A DNA stretch of 10,648 nucleotides, from the IMG/VR virus record IMGVR_UViG_2529292735_000010; one strand, written 5' to 3'. The position numbers and the translations under genes are program-made. Below, piece by piece: positions 1-7,549 of the stretch (the stretch's first letter is position 1; each line of letters begins with the position of its first letter). This DNA is from a virus (Duplodnaviria; Heunggongvirae; Uroviricota; Caudoviricetes). The notes beneath the pieces are model-generated. The model was not told the origin of the DNA and ran no database searches. It worked only from the letters and a program-made list of their open reading frames with translations.

Positions 1-1
1 C

Positions 2-166
2 ACACGCGCCCTGATTCTGGAGCGTTACCGCGATGCGGACACAACGGACAAGGGCGACCGCCGGGCGGACGCACTGGATATACAGACATCGGATTTGTGG
101 CGCGATGTGAGCTGGGCCATCTCTGACATTCTGTGCCGCCCGCGAATTTTTGCGGAGCTGTGCTGA
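2..166 (+). CDS. 3' end of a head completion/stabilization-like gene (P2 gpL position); 5' end lies outside the window
   Basis: Frame 2 is open from the window edge to TGA at 164-166, which overlaps the ATG of the next gene (TGATG). Translation ends ...DILCRPRIFAELC. The call rests on position immediately upstream of the X-like gene (P2 synteny) and on recollection, not on a search. Confidence 0.4.
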   Translation, partial: TRALILERYRDADTTDKGDRRADALDIQTSDLWRDVSWAISDILCRPRIFAELC

Positions 167-367
167 TGAAAGTGAAGGCACTGGAAGGCGACACCGTGGA
201 TTCGCTCTGTTTCCGGTTACTACGGCACGACGCAGGGCGTCACCGAAAAGGTGCTGGATGCCAACCCCGGATTCTGTCAGCAGGTATTTCTGGACGCCGG
301 GCAGGACGTGGAGATGCCGGAGCCGGAGAAGAAGAAACGAGAAATGATTCAGTTGTGGGGGGAGTAG
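166..367 (+). pseudogene. X: Tail protein X (P2 gpX-like, LysM-type), apparently disrupted by a +1 frameshift near 217-218
   Basis: ATG at 166 gives MKVKALEGDTVDSLCFR. After an extra T at about 217-218 the adjacent frame reads YYGTTQGVTEKVLDANPG...EMIQLWGE and stops at TAG 365-367, just before the holin start. The gpX-like start and end are therefore in different frames. Because the original frame stays open, the ORF track fuses it with the holin as 133..693. Confidence 0.5.
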
Positions 368-369
368 CA

Positions 370-693
370 GTGAGCACCATTCAAACAGGGATCACAGAGC
401 AGGTTATTGCGTGGCTCTTTGACCACCTGCCAACGGTGTATGCAGTAGGCGCGGCAGTCAGCATTTCCGCGCTGATGAGTCTTTATGACGGACGAACACT
501 GGTTCAGACCGTAACGGGATCGCTGGCGTGCGGCGTTCTTGCCATGGCCGTGGCCGGGTCGTTGCGCTTCTTCGGTTTTCCTGAAGATGCCGTGACGTTT
601 ATCGGCGCATCAATCGGTTTTATGGGCGCAGAGAAAGCACGCGACAAGGTTATTGCAGCCTTTAATCGCAGGGTGAAGGAGAAGGACGAATGA
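370..693 (+). CDS. Holin (about 107 aa, three predicted hydrophobic segments and a highly charged C-terminus)
   Basis: GTG at 370 lies 6 nt downstream of GGGGGAG. Hydrophobic stretches VIAWLFDHLPTVYAVGAAVSISALM, VTGSLACGVLAMAVAGSLRFF and VTFIGASIGFMGA are followed by EKARDKVIAAFNRRVKEKDE. The stop overlaps the endolysin start (ATGA), and the gene sits directly upstream of endolysin and spanins. Confidence 0.55.
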   Translation: MSTIQTGITEQVIAWLFDHLPTVYAVGAAVSISALMSLYDGRTLVQTVTGSLACGVLAMAVAGSLRFFGFPEDAVTFIGASIGFMGAEKARDKVIAAFNRRVKEKDE

Positions 694-1083
694 GCAACAC
701 ATTTAAATTCAGCAGCCGGAGCGAAAAGAATTTGCAGGGCGTAAATCCTGATCTGGTGAAAGTGACCCGACGGGCACTGGAAATTTCGGAAGTGGATTTT
801 GGTATCACAGAAGGGTTGCGCAGCCGTTACCGCCAGAAGCAACTTGTGGCCACAGGTAAGAGCCAGACCATGAACAGCCGCCACCTTACGGGACATGCCG
901 TGGATGTTGTGGCTTATATCGGTAGCCAGGTGTCATGGGAATGGCCGCTGTACGAAAAAAATCGCAGCAGCATTCAGACAGGCCAGCCGGGAACTGAATA
1001 TTCCGGTGGAATGGGGCGGCGACTGGAAGACCCTGAAAGACGGACCGCATTTTCAGTTACCACACGGAGCCTATCCGGCATGA
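690..1083 (+). pseudogene. Endolysin, peptidase M15-type (L-alanyl-D-glutamate endopeptidase-like), with an apparent frameshift in an A7 run at 955-961
   Basis: The N-terminal part (frame of 690) reads MSNTFKFSSRSEKNLQGVNPDLV...SRHLTGHAVDVVAYIGSQVSWEWPLYEK. The C-terminal part is in the +1 frame (ORF 895..1083): KKIAAAFRQASRELNIPVEWGGDWKTLKDGPHFQLPHGAYPA. It contains the His/Asp residues expected of M15 zinc peptidases (HxxxxxxD and DGPHF). The junction coincides with GAAAAAAAT, and removing one A would give ...PLYEKIAAAF... in one frame. AGGAG lies upstream of ATG 690. Confidence 0.65.
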
Positions 1084-1637
1084 AGCTCTGGCCCACGCTG
1101 GGCGTCGCTTTCCTTCTGATTGCTGGATGGGGAACATCCATGCGTCTGTCGTGGTCGCTGGGCCGGGAGAACGCCAGAAACGAAGCGCAGGCCAGCACCC
1201 TGAAAAGTACCGTCGACACCCTGAATATCATCAGCGCCGGGGTACAGGATATGCAGCAGGTGCTGGCGCAACTCCGCGTGGAAAATCAGCAACGCAATCA
1301 GGACGGAGAGGTCAGACGTGAACAGCTACGCAACGATATTGCAAAAGATGAATGCGCCCACGCTTTGCCTGACGCTCGTTTTACTGACAGGTTGCGCAGG
1401 CACGCAGAACGCGCCACGGCCAGCGCCGTCAGTCCGGCTTATACCGCAGACGCTGACCATTCCGGTAACGCCGCCCCCTTCCCTGATACTCCCACATGGG
1501 GAAATCTCGGTATATGGGGCGACCGCCTTCTGGATGCACTGGAAACCTGTAACGCGGATAAACGGGCCATTGAATTACTGGAACAGCGCAGGCTGCAACG
1601 ACTGAACAACGAGGATAACAACCATGCTGAAAACTGA
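1080..1637 (+). CDS. Rz-like inner-membrane spanin (i-spanin, LysB-like)
   Basis: ATG at 1080 overlaps the endolysin stop (ATGA). The N-terminal transmembrane segment LWPTLGVAFLLIAGW is followed by a long charged, Q/R-rich periplasmic region (coiled-coil-like). A spanin partner gene is embedded in its +1 frame. Confidence 0.65.
   Translation: MKLWPTLGVAFLLIAGWGTSMRLSWSLGRENARNEAQASTLKSTVDTLNIISAGVQDMQQVLAQLRVENQQRNQDGEVRREQLRNDIAKDECAHALPDARFTDRLRRHAERATASAVSPAYTADADHSGNAAPFPDTPTWGNLGIWGDRLLDALETCNADKRAIELLEQRRLQRLNNEDNNHAEN
1318..1605 (+). CDS. Rz1-like outer-membrane lipoprotein spanin (o-spanin, LysC-like), embedded in the +1 frame of the Rz-like gene
   Basis: ORF 1318..1605 lies entirely within 1080..1637 in another frame. 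It carries a signal peptide with a lipobox (LTLVLLTGCAG) and a proline-rich mature region (PRPAPSVRLIPQTLTIPVTPPPSLILP), typical of Rz1-type o-spanins. The true start may be the internal ATG at 1348. Confidence 0.55.
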   Translation: MNSYATILQKMNAPTLCLTLVLLTGCAGTQNAPRPAPSVRLIPQTLTIPVTPPPSLILPHGEISVYGATAFWMHWKPVTRINGPLNYWNSAGCND

Positions 1638-2091
1638 TTCCCTGCGTGAAGCCATGACCCGTTCATGCCGATGGTGTCAGGCCAACCCGGAAAAATTCAC
1701 CATTTTCGTGGAGAGCGGCAACATTGAAACGACCGGAGAAACCCCATCGTTTGTTTACCGCTATCAGATGGTGATGTTTGTCATGGATTACGCCGGGGAG
1801 CTGGACGACCTCACGCTGCCGCTACTGGCGTGGTTATCCGAAAATCAGCCGCAATTGTTGCTCAATCCGGAGCGTAATCAGGACATCAAATTCTCCGCCG
1901 TTATCAATGACGATGACAGCGCCGATCTCCTGTTTACGCTCCCCCTGCGGGAACGCGTTCGCATCACGCGCAGCAGTCAGGGCACACCGCAGGCAGAACA
2001 CCTGCCGGAGCCAAAACCCCGCCTGCCATCTTCCGAAGGCGACTGGTCGCATGTATTCCAGGATGTGACGTGGGGTGAAAGCGATGGATAA
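1624..2091 (+). CDS. R: Tail completion protein (P2 gpR-like)
   Basis: 155 aa ORF with GAGGA 9 nt upstream of ATG 1624. It overlaps the end of the spanin gene and occupies the gpR position before the S/V/W/J/I block. The length matches gpR as I recall it. Confidence 0.7.
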   Translation: MLKTDSLREAMTRSCRWCQANPEKFTIFVESGNIETTGETPSFVYRYQMVMFVMDYAGELDDLTLPLLAWLSENQPQLLLNPERNQDIKFSAVINDDDSADLLFTLPLRERVRITRSSQGTPQAEHLPEPKPRLPSSEGDWSHVFQDVTWGESDG

Positions 2092-2719
2092 GGCATTCAC
2101 CCGCGTGGATGAAACCTTTGAGGCTATCCGCGACAGCCTGAATCAGCAGGCCATCAATAACATCGCCAGAAAGCTGGCACAGGATTTACGTCGCGCCCAG
2201 CAGGCACGTATCCGGTCACAGAAAGCGCCGGACGGGACTGCATGGACACCACGCAGACGCCGCGTAACCCGGATACAGGAGCGCATTCGCTTTATCTGGA
2301 ATAACGAAGCACGCACGCTGAAAAACTGGCATCACGACACGGGGAAATACGGGCGAACCATTACCGGGTGGGATGAGGATAAAAACAGTATCCGCACGTT
2401 TTACCGGGATGACATCGACCGTTTTCTGGAAATACGCACCCGGCGCATCAACCAGGACAGCACCAGGCGCGTCCCCATGTTCGTAAAACTGCGCACCGCC
2501 CGCTACCTGAAAGCCCGTGCAGATGCTTCCGGTGTGACGGTGGGTTGCAGCGGCGTGGCCGCACGTATTGCCCGCGTTCATCAGTTCGGTGAGCGCGATC
2601 AGGTTGCGCTGGGCATTTTCACCGATTACCCGGTACGTGAGCTGTTGGGTATCAGTCAGGCAGATGAACGCCTGATTTATAACACGGTGCTGGGCCGGAT
2701 TGCGGAGGCTGTACGGTGA
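2084..2719 (+). CDS. S: Tail completion / virion morphogenesis protein (P2 gpS-like), longer than I recall for gpS
   Basis: ATG 2084 overlaps the R stop (ATGGATAA). The C-terminal region has gpS-like motifs (KLRTARYLKA...ARIARVHQFGERD). Its stop overlaps the V start (GTGA). The ORF track begins at GTG 2075, but I prefer the ATG. Confidence 0.6.
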   Translation: MDKAFTRVDETFEAIRDSLNQQAINNIARKLAQDLRRAQQARIRSQKAPDGTAWTPRRRRVTRIQERIRFIWNNEARTLKNWHHDTGKYGRTITGWDEDKNSIRTFYRDDIDRFLEIRTRRINQDSTRRVPMFVKLRTARYLKARADASGVTVGCSGVAARIARVHQFGERDQVALGIFTDYPVRELLGISQADERLIYNTVLGRIAEAVR

Positions 2720-3297
2720 GCGCAGAACTCATGCGACTGCTGAGCAATATCATCCGCACCGGGATCATCTCTGAAGTTGATGAGAAGTCCTGGTGCGTGC
2801 GCGTTCGCAGCGGCGAACTGGAAACAGGCTGGTTACGCTGGAACACCACGCGCGCGGGAGCCTTCAATGTGTGGCTGCCGCCATCACCAGGCGAACAGGT
2901 GGTAATTGCCTGCATTGGCGGCAACCCGGAAACCGCCATGATAATTGGCAGCCTGTGGAGTGATGCCAGTCCGGCCCCCGGCAAAAGCCTGAAAGAAATC
3001 GTGGTCAGCGCGCCGGATGGCGCGGTGTTCCGCTACGACGCGGACGCAGGCGCACTGAGCGCCAGCGGCATGAAAACGGCCACCCTGCAGGCATCCGTCA
3101 GCGTGACACTGGATACGCCCGTCGTGGAATGCACAAACCTTCTGAAAACAGCCGAGATTGACGTCACAAAAGGGGGAAAGATGAGCGGCAATATCACGCA
3201 CAGCGGCGGCGATTTCACCTCAAACGGCATCACAGTGCATACGCATAAGCACGGTGGCGTTAAAGGTGGCAGCGATTCGACAGGAGGCCCGCAGTGA
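2716..3297 (+). CDS. V: Baseplate assembly / spike protein (P2 gpV-like)
   Basis: 193 aa with gpV-like motifs (IRTGIISEVD..., WLPPSPGEQVVIACIGGNPETAMIIGSLWS, C-terminal HTHKHGGVKGGSDSTGGP). GTG start overlaps the S stop. Confidence 0.8.
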   Translation: MSAELMRLLSNIIRTGIISEVDEKSWCVRVRSGELETGWLRWNTTRAGAFNVWLPPSPGEQVVIACIGGNPETAMIIGSLWSDASPAPGKSLKEIVVSAPDGAVFRYDADAGALSASGMKTATLQASVSVTLDTPVVECTNLLKTAEIDVTKGGKMSGNITHSGGDFTSNGITVHTHKHGGVKGGSDSTGGPQ

Positions 3298-3644
3298 CAA
3301 CCCGCTACACAGGAATGAACCCGGACGGAACGGGAAACCTGAACGATATGGAGCACCTGAAACAGTCAGTCAGGGACATCCTGACCACCCCGCTGGCAAG
3401 CCGGGTTATGCGACGGGAATATGGCAGCCTTGTGCCTGATTTGATTGACGAACCCATGAATAACACCACGCGTCTGCAATGCATGAGTGCTGCCGTGATT
3501 GCACTGACACGATGGGAACCCCGCATTGCCCTGGACGCCATCGACGTTGTCTGGAAAGCAGGAGGCCGCGCCGGGGTGACGCTGTCGGGCACTGTCATGC
3601 AGACCATGCTGAATGTTGAATTAACCATCACGCTGAGGGAGTAA
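3294..3644 (+). CDS. W: Baseplate protein (P2 gpW-like, GPW/gp25 family)
   Basis: 116 aa. GTG at 3294 overlaps the V stop (GTGA). Size and position between V and J match gpW. Confidence 0.75.
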   Translation: MTTRYTGMNPDGTGNLNDMEHLKQSVRDILTTPLASRVMRREYGSLVPDLIDEPMNNTTRLQCMSAAVIALTRWEPRIALDAIDVVWKAGGRAGVTLSGTVMQTMLNVELTITLRE

Positions 3645-3646
3645 TC

Positions 3647-4543
3647 ATGCCTGCCGTTGACCTTTCCCAGTTACCGGAACCCGCCATCATCGCGGAGCCT
3701 GACTTTGAGGCAATTCTGGCTGACACAAAGGCCATGATGATTGCGTCCTATCCTGCCGAACAGCGTGAAGCCGTCTCCGCCGCGCTGGAGCTGGAATCGG
3801 AACCCCTGAACGTTATCGCTCAAACCATGTCTTTTCGTGAAATGCTGTTACGCCAGCGGGTCAATGAGGGTGCACGCGCCTGCATGCTAAGCCACAGCGC
3901 CGGGACAGACCTGGACAACCTCGCGGGCAATATGAACACAAAGCGCCTGGTTATCACTCCGGCAACGGATACCACCGACGCAGTGATGGAAAGTGACACC
4001 TCGCTGAGACTACGGGCGCAACGGGCATATGACGGTCTGAGTGTTGCTGGCCCGTCAGGTGCATACGAGTATTTTGCACGCAGCGCCAGCGGTCTGGTAC
4101 GCGATGCGCGGGCCATCAGCCCGTCTCCGGCCAACGTGACGGTTTCCATCCTGTCCACTGAGGGCGACGGCACAGCAACGGAGGCGTTGCTTAATACCGT
4201 TCGCGCCGTTCTGAATGCAGAGGATACCCGCCCGGTGGCCGACCGCCTGACCGTACAGAGTGCCAGAATCGTGACATGGCGGCTGAATGCAAAACTGTAC
4301 TTTTACCCCGGTCCGGAATCCGAACCTATTCTGGCCGCGGCGGAATCGTCATTCAGGAAGTGGCTGGCTGAACAGGGGCTTATCGGTCAGGACGTGGCGT
4401 TGTCCGCCATTGCTGCCGCACTTCATGTACACGGCGTGCAACGCGTGGAGATAATCGAACCCACACAGAATATGGCCATCAGCGACATACAGGCGGCGCG
4501 CTGTGAGTCATTCACCATCAGCGAAGGTGGGCGTAATGAGTAA
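3647..4543 (+). CDS. J: Baseplate wedge protein (P2 gpJ-like)
   Basis: 298 aa ORF starting 3 nt after the W stop. Size and synteny match gpJ (about 300 aa). Confidence 0.8.
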   Translation: MPAVDLSQLPEPAIIAEPDFEAILADTKAMMIASYPAEQREAVSAALELESEPLNVIAQTMSFREMLLRQRVNEGARACMLSHSAGTDLDNLAGNMNTKRLVITPATDTTDAVMESDTSLRLRAQRAYDGLSVAGPSGAYEYFARSASGLVRDARAISPSPANVTVSILSTEGDGTATEALLNTVRAVLNAEDTRPVADRLTVQSARIVTWRLNAKLYFYPGPESEPILAAAESSFRKWLAEQGLIGQDVALSAIAAALHVHGVQRVEIIEPTQNMAISDIQAARCESFTISEGGRNE

Positions 4544-5066
4544 TTCACTGTTACCGCCATCAGCCAGCAGTTTCATGCGTTGTGCCGAAGCTGTCGGAAC
4601 GCGCATTACAGACATCCCGGTAGACCTCAACACACTGTGGTCACCAGATACCTGCCCGGTGCATCTGCTGCCTTATCTCGCCTGGGCATTTTCCGTTGAC
4701 CGCTGGGATCGCAACTGGCCGGAAGAGACAAAGCGACAGGTTATTCGTGATGCATGGCTGATACACCGACACAAAGGGACCATCAGCGCACTGCGCAGGG
4801 CCATTGAACCACTGGGATACCTCATTCGCGTGTCTGAGTGGTGGGAGTTCGGCGGAGAACCGGGAACATTTACCGTTGAAGTCGGCACACTGGACAGTGG
4901 TGTGACGGAGGAAATGTATCTGGAAATGGAGCGGTTGATTGCTGATGCCCGTCCGGTCAGCCGCCACATGACAGGGCTGAATATCATTCAGGAAATTCCG
5001 GGGAATATTTTCGCAGCGGCGGCAACTTATGACGGTGAAGTTATTACCATTTATCCAGGCGATTAA
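4536..5066 (+). CDS. I: Baseplate / tail protein (P2 gpI-like)
   Basis: ATG at 4536 overlaps the J stop (ATGAGTAA), with GAAGGTGGG upstream. It gives a 176 aa product, the length I recall for gpI. The ORF track's earlier GTG at 4503 is less likely. Confidence 0.75.
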   Translation: MSNSLLPPSASSFMRCAEAVGTRITDIPVDLNTLWSPDTCPVHLLPYLAWAFSVDRWDRNWPEETKRQVIRDAWLIHRHKGTISALRRAIEPLGYLIRVSEWWEFGGEPGTFTVEVGTLDSGVTEEMYLEMERLIADARPVSRHMTGLNIIQEIPGNIFAAAATYDGEVITIYPGD

Positions 5067-5068
5067 GT

Positions 5069-6916
5069 ATGAGTACCACAACACGAAAATTTAAAACCGT
5101 TATCACCGATACGGGTGCAAAAAAATTAGCACAGGCAGCCGCGCCAGATGGTAATCCTGTCCGCCTGACACATATGGCCGTGGGTGACGGCGGCGGTACT
5201 TTACCCACGCCAGACAGTAAGCAGACTCGTCTTGTGCATGAGGTGTGGCGACATACTGTTAATCGCGTCTTCCTGGACGCAACACATCAGAACCGCATTA
5301 TTGCGGAGCTGGTTATTCCTCCTGAAACGGGCGGATTCTGGATCCGGGAAATTGGTGTGTTTGATGAGCACGGCGATTTGATCGCGGTGGGCAATACTGC
5401 CGAAAGTTACAAGCCAACCGTTGCCGAAGGGTCCGGACGTGCACAAACATTTCGCACCATTCTGACCGTATCCAGCACTGCCACCGTGGCGCTTACCGTG
5501 GATAACACCATGGTGATGGCCACAGTGGATTACGTGGATGACAAACTGAAAGAGCATGAACAGTCACGACGTCACCCGGACGCCTCACTGACCGCAAGAG
5601 GCTTTGTTCAACTCAGTAGCGACACTAACAGCGTGTCTGAAACACAGGCTGCAACACCAAAGGCGGTAAAGGCAGCATATGACCTTGCTAACGGGAAATA
5701 TACCGCTCAGGACGCCACGACAGCACAAAAAGGGATTGTCCAGCTAAGCAGCGCGACTAACAGCACATCTGAAACGCTTGCCGCGACACCGAAAGCAGTG
5801 AAAGCAGCTAATGACAATGCGAATGGTCGGGTACCTTCTGCCCGTAAGGTGAATGGTAAGGCGCTTTCAGCGGATATTACACTGACGCCGAAAGATATTG
5901 GTACGCTTAACTCAACAACTATGTCATTCAGCGGTGGTGCTGGTTGGTTCAAATTAGCAACGGTAACCATGCCGCAGGCGAGTTCTGTTGTTTCAATTAC
6001 GTTGATTGGTGGCGCGGGATTTAACGTGGGGTCACCTCAACAGGCAGGTATATCTGAACTTGTTTTGCGTGCAGGTAATGGTAATCCGAAGGGGATTACT
6101 GGTGCTTTATGGCAGCGCACATCGACAGGGTTTACAAATTTTGCCTGGGTCAATACATCAGGTGATACTTACGATATTTACGTTGCAATCGGAAATTATG
6201 CGACTGGTGTAAATATTCAATGGGATTATACCAGTAATGCCAGCGTGACGATTCATACGTCACCAGCATATTCTGCTAATAAGCCGGAAGGGTTAACGGA
6301 CGGTACAGTTTATTCACTCTATACGCCATCAGAGCAGTTTTATCCGCCTGGCGCACCAATCCCGTGGCCATCAGATACCGTTCCGTCTGGCTATGCCCTG
6401 ATGCAGGGGCAGACTTTTGACAAATCTGCATACCCGAAACTTGCAGCGGCTTATCCGTCAGGCGTGATCCCTGATATGCGTGGCTGGACGATTAAGGGCA
6501 AACCTGCCAGTGGTCGAGCCGTATTGTCTCAGGAACAGGACGGCATTAAATCGCACACCCACAGCGCCAGCGCATCCAGTACGGATTTGGGGACGAAAAC
6601 CACATCGTCGTTTGATTACGGAACTAAATCCACAAATAACACCGGAGCACATACACACAACTTTGCTTACAACAATACTTCAGCATACGCAGAAACTCCC
6701 GGTACCGGTGGTGGAATGCATGCAACTAACACAAACAAGGCAGCAAGTAATCGCGTATTAAGCGCAGGAGCTCATACTCACACCGTAGCAATAGGTGCGC
6801 ATACACATAAGCTCGCTATTGGTTCGCACACACACACCATTACCATTGCCGCTTATGGCAACGCGGAAAACACCGTAAAAAACATCGCATTTAACTATAT
6901 TGTGAGGCTTGCATAA
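5069..6916 (+). CDS. H: Tail fiber protein (P2 gpH-like N-terminus with a divergent HxH-rich C-terminal receptor-binding region)
   Basis: 615 aa. The N-terminal ~250 aa is gpH-like ([22 protein letters not shown]..., [15 protein letters not shown]...) and includes the characteristic duplicated [20 protein letters not shown] motif. The C-terminal third carries repeated GAHTH/SHTH motifs. Confidence 0.9.
   Translation: MSTTTRKFKTVITDTGAKKLAQAAAPDGNPVRLTHMAVGDGGGTLPTPDSKQTRLVHEVWRHTVNRVFLDATHQNRIIAELVIPPETGGFWIREIGVFDEHGDLIAVGNTAESYKPTVAEGSGRAQTFRTILTVSSTATVALTVDNTMVMATVDYVDDKLKEHEQSRRHPDASLTARGFVQLSSDTNSVSETQAATPKAVKAAYDLANGKYTAQDATTAQKGIVQLSSATNSTSETLAATPKAVKAANDNANGRVPSARKVNGKALSADITLTPKDIGTLNSTTMSFSGGAGWFKLATVTMPQASSVVSITLIGGAGFNVGSPQQAGISELVLRAGNGNPKGITGALWQRTSTGFTNFAWVNTSGDTYDIYVAIGNYATGVNIQWDYTSNASVTIHTSPAYSANKPEGLTDGTVYSLYTPSEQFYPPGAPIPWPSDTVPSGYALMQGQTFDKSAYPKLAAAYPSGVIPDMRGWTIKGKPASGRAVLSQEQDGIKSHTHSASASSTDLGTKTTSSFDYGTKSTNNTGAHTHNFAYNNTSAYAETPGTGGGMHATNTNKAASNRVLSAGAHTHTVAIGAHTHKLAIGSHTHTITIAAYGNAENTVKNIAFNYIVRLA
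5600..5830 (+). repeat. Two tandem, diverged copies of a ~44-codon coding repeat inside the tail fiber gene
   Basis: Copy 1 (about 5600-5698) encodes [33 protein letters not shown]. Copy 2 (about 5732-5830) encodes [33 protein letters not shown]. The period is about 132 nt. Confidence 0.8.
6550..6840 (+). repeat. HxH-motif-rich short coding repeats in the tail fiber C-terminal region
   Basis: The DNA has recurring GCNCAYACNCAYAC-like units encoding SHTHS, GAHTHN, GAHTHT, GAHTHK and SHTHT within about 290 nt. Confidence 0.7.
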
Positions 6917-7515
6917 TGGCATTCAGAATGAGTGAACAACCACGAACCATAAAAATTTATAATCTGCTGGCCGGAACCAATGAATTTATTGGTGAAGGTG
7001 ATGCATACATTCCACCTCATACAGGTCTACCTGCAAATAGTACTGATATTGCTCCGCCAGATATTCCAGCTGGCTTCGTGGCTATTTTCAACAGTGATAA
7101 GACGTCCTGGCATCTCGTTGAAGATCATCGTGGTAAAACGGTTTATGACGTGGCATCAGGGGGCGCGTTATTTATTTCTGAACTTGGTCCATTACCGGAA
7201 AATGTCACCTGGTTATCCCCGGAAGGGGAGTTTCAGAAGTGGAACGGCACAACGTGGGTGAAAGATGCAGAAGCAGAAAAAGTGTTCCGGATACGGGAGG
7301 CGGAAGAAACAAAAAACAGCCTCATGCAGGTAGCCAGTGAGCATATTTCGCCACTTCAAGATGCCGTAGATTTGAATATTGCAACAGAGGAAGAAACATC
7401 GTTACTGGTGGCATGGAAGAAGTATCGAGTGCTGCTGAACCGTGTTGATACATCAAGAGCACCGGATATTGAGTGGCCAGCTCCCCCAGTGGAATCAAGG
7501 AGTAAACAAGCATAA
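6916..7515 (+). CDS. G: Tail fiber assembly chaperone (P2 gpG / Tfa-like)
   Basis: 199 aa. ATG overlaps the H stop (TAATG). The C-terminal region ([32 protein letters not shown]) is typical of Tfa chaperones. It lies immediately downstream of the fiber gene. Confidence 0.85.
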   Translation: MAFRMSEQPRTIKIYNLLAGTNEFIGEGDAYIPPHTGLPANSTDIAPPDIPAGFVAIFNSDKTSWHLVEDHRGKTVYDVASGGALFISELGPLPENVTWLSPEGEFQKWNGTTWVKDAEAEKVFRIREAEETKNSLMQVASEHISPLQDAVDLNIATEEETSLLVAWKKYRVLLNRVDTSRAPDIEWPAPPVESRSKQA

Positions 7516-7549
7516 AGGCTTTCATTTCAAACCATTGTAGTCCAGTTTT

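Noticed and set aside
133-693. 186 aa ORF spanning the X-like and holin regions as one protein
   Set aside because: Its N-terminal third is the out-of-frame continuation of the X-like gene (LLRHDAGRHRKGAGCQPRIL..., low complexity, no conserved continuation). The holin has its own RBS and GTG start at 370. The fusion is a by-product of the apparent frameshift.
504-896. Minus-strand ORFs antisense to the phage structural genes (for example 504..896, 974..1231, 2216..2581, 2652..2984, 3033..3356, 3820..4173, 4641..5084, 5201..5557, 6458..6658)
   Set aside because: They lie entirely inside well-supported + strand genes in GC-rich DNA, where antisense open frames are common. None has an RBS or recognisable motif, and the tight translational coupling of the + strand genes leaves no room for them.
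690-1637. 315 aa ORF read as a single endolysin-Rz fusion protein
   Set aside because: The conserved endolysin C-terminus is in the +1 frame and ends at 1083. The Rz-like gene has its own ATG at 1080 overlapping that stop. The continuous frame is coincidental read-through after the A7 frameshift site.
6550-6850. Possible CRISPR-like or non-coding repeat array suggested by the recurring CAYACNCAYAC units
   Set aside because: The repeats are in-frame codons for HxH motifs inside the tail fiber gene, with irregular spacing and no repeat-spacer architecture. No CRISPR array is present anywhere in the window.
5069-7515. Invertible tail-fiber segment (Mu G-segment / P1 C-segment style) with a Gin/Cin-type invertase
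   Set aside because: No inverted duplicate of the fiber C-terminus or Tfa gene and no recombinase-like ORF were found downstream. The adjacent island encodes a glycosyltransferase-like protein instead.
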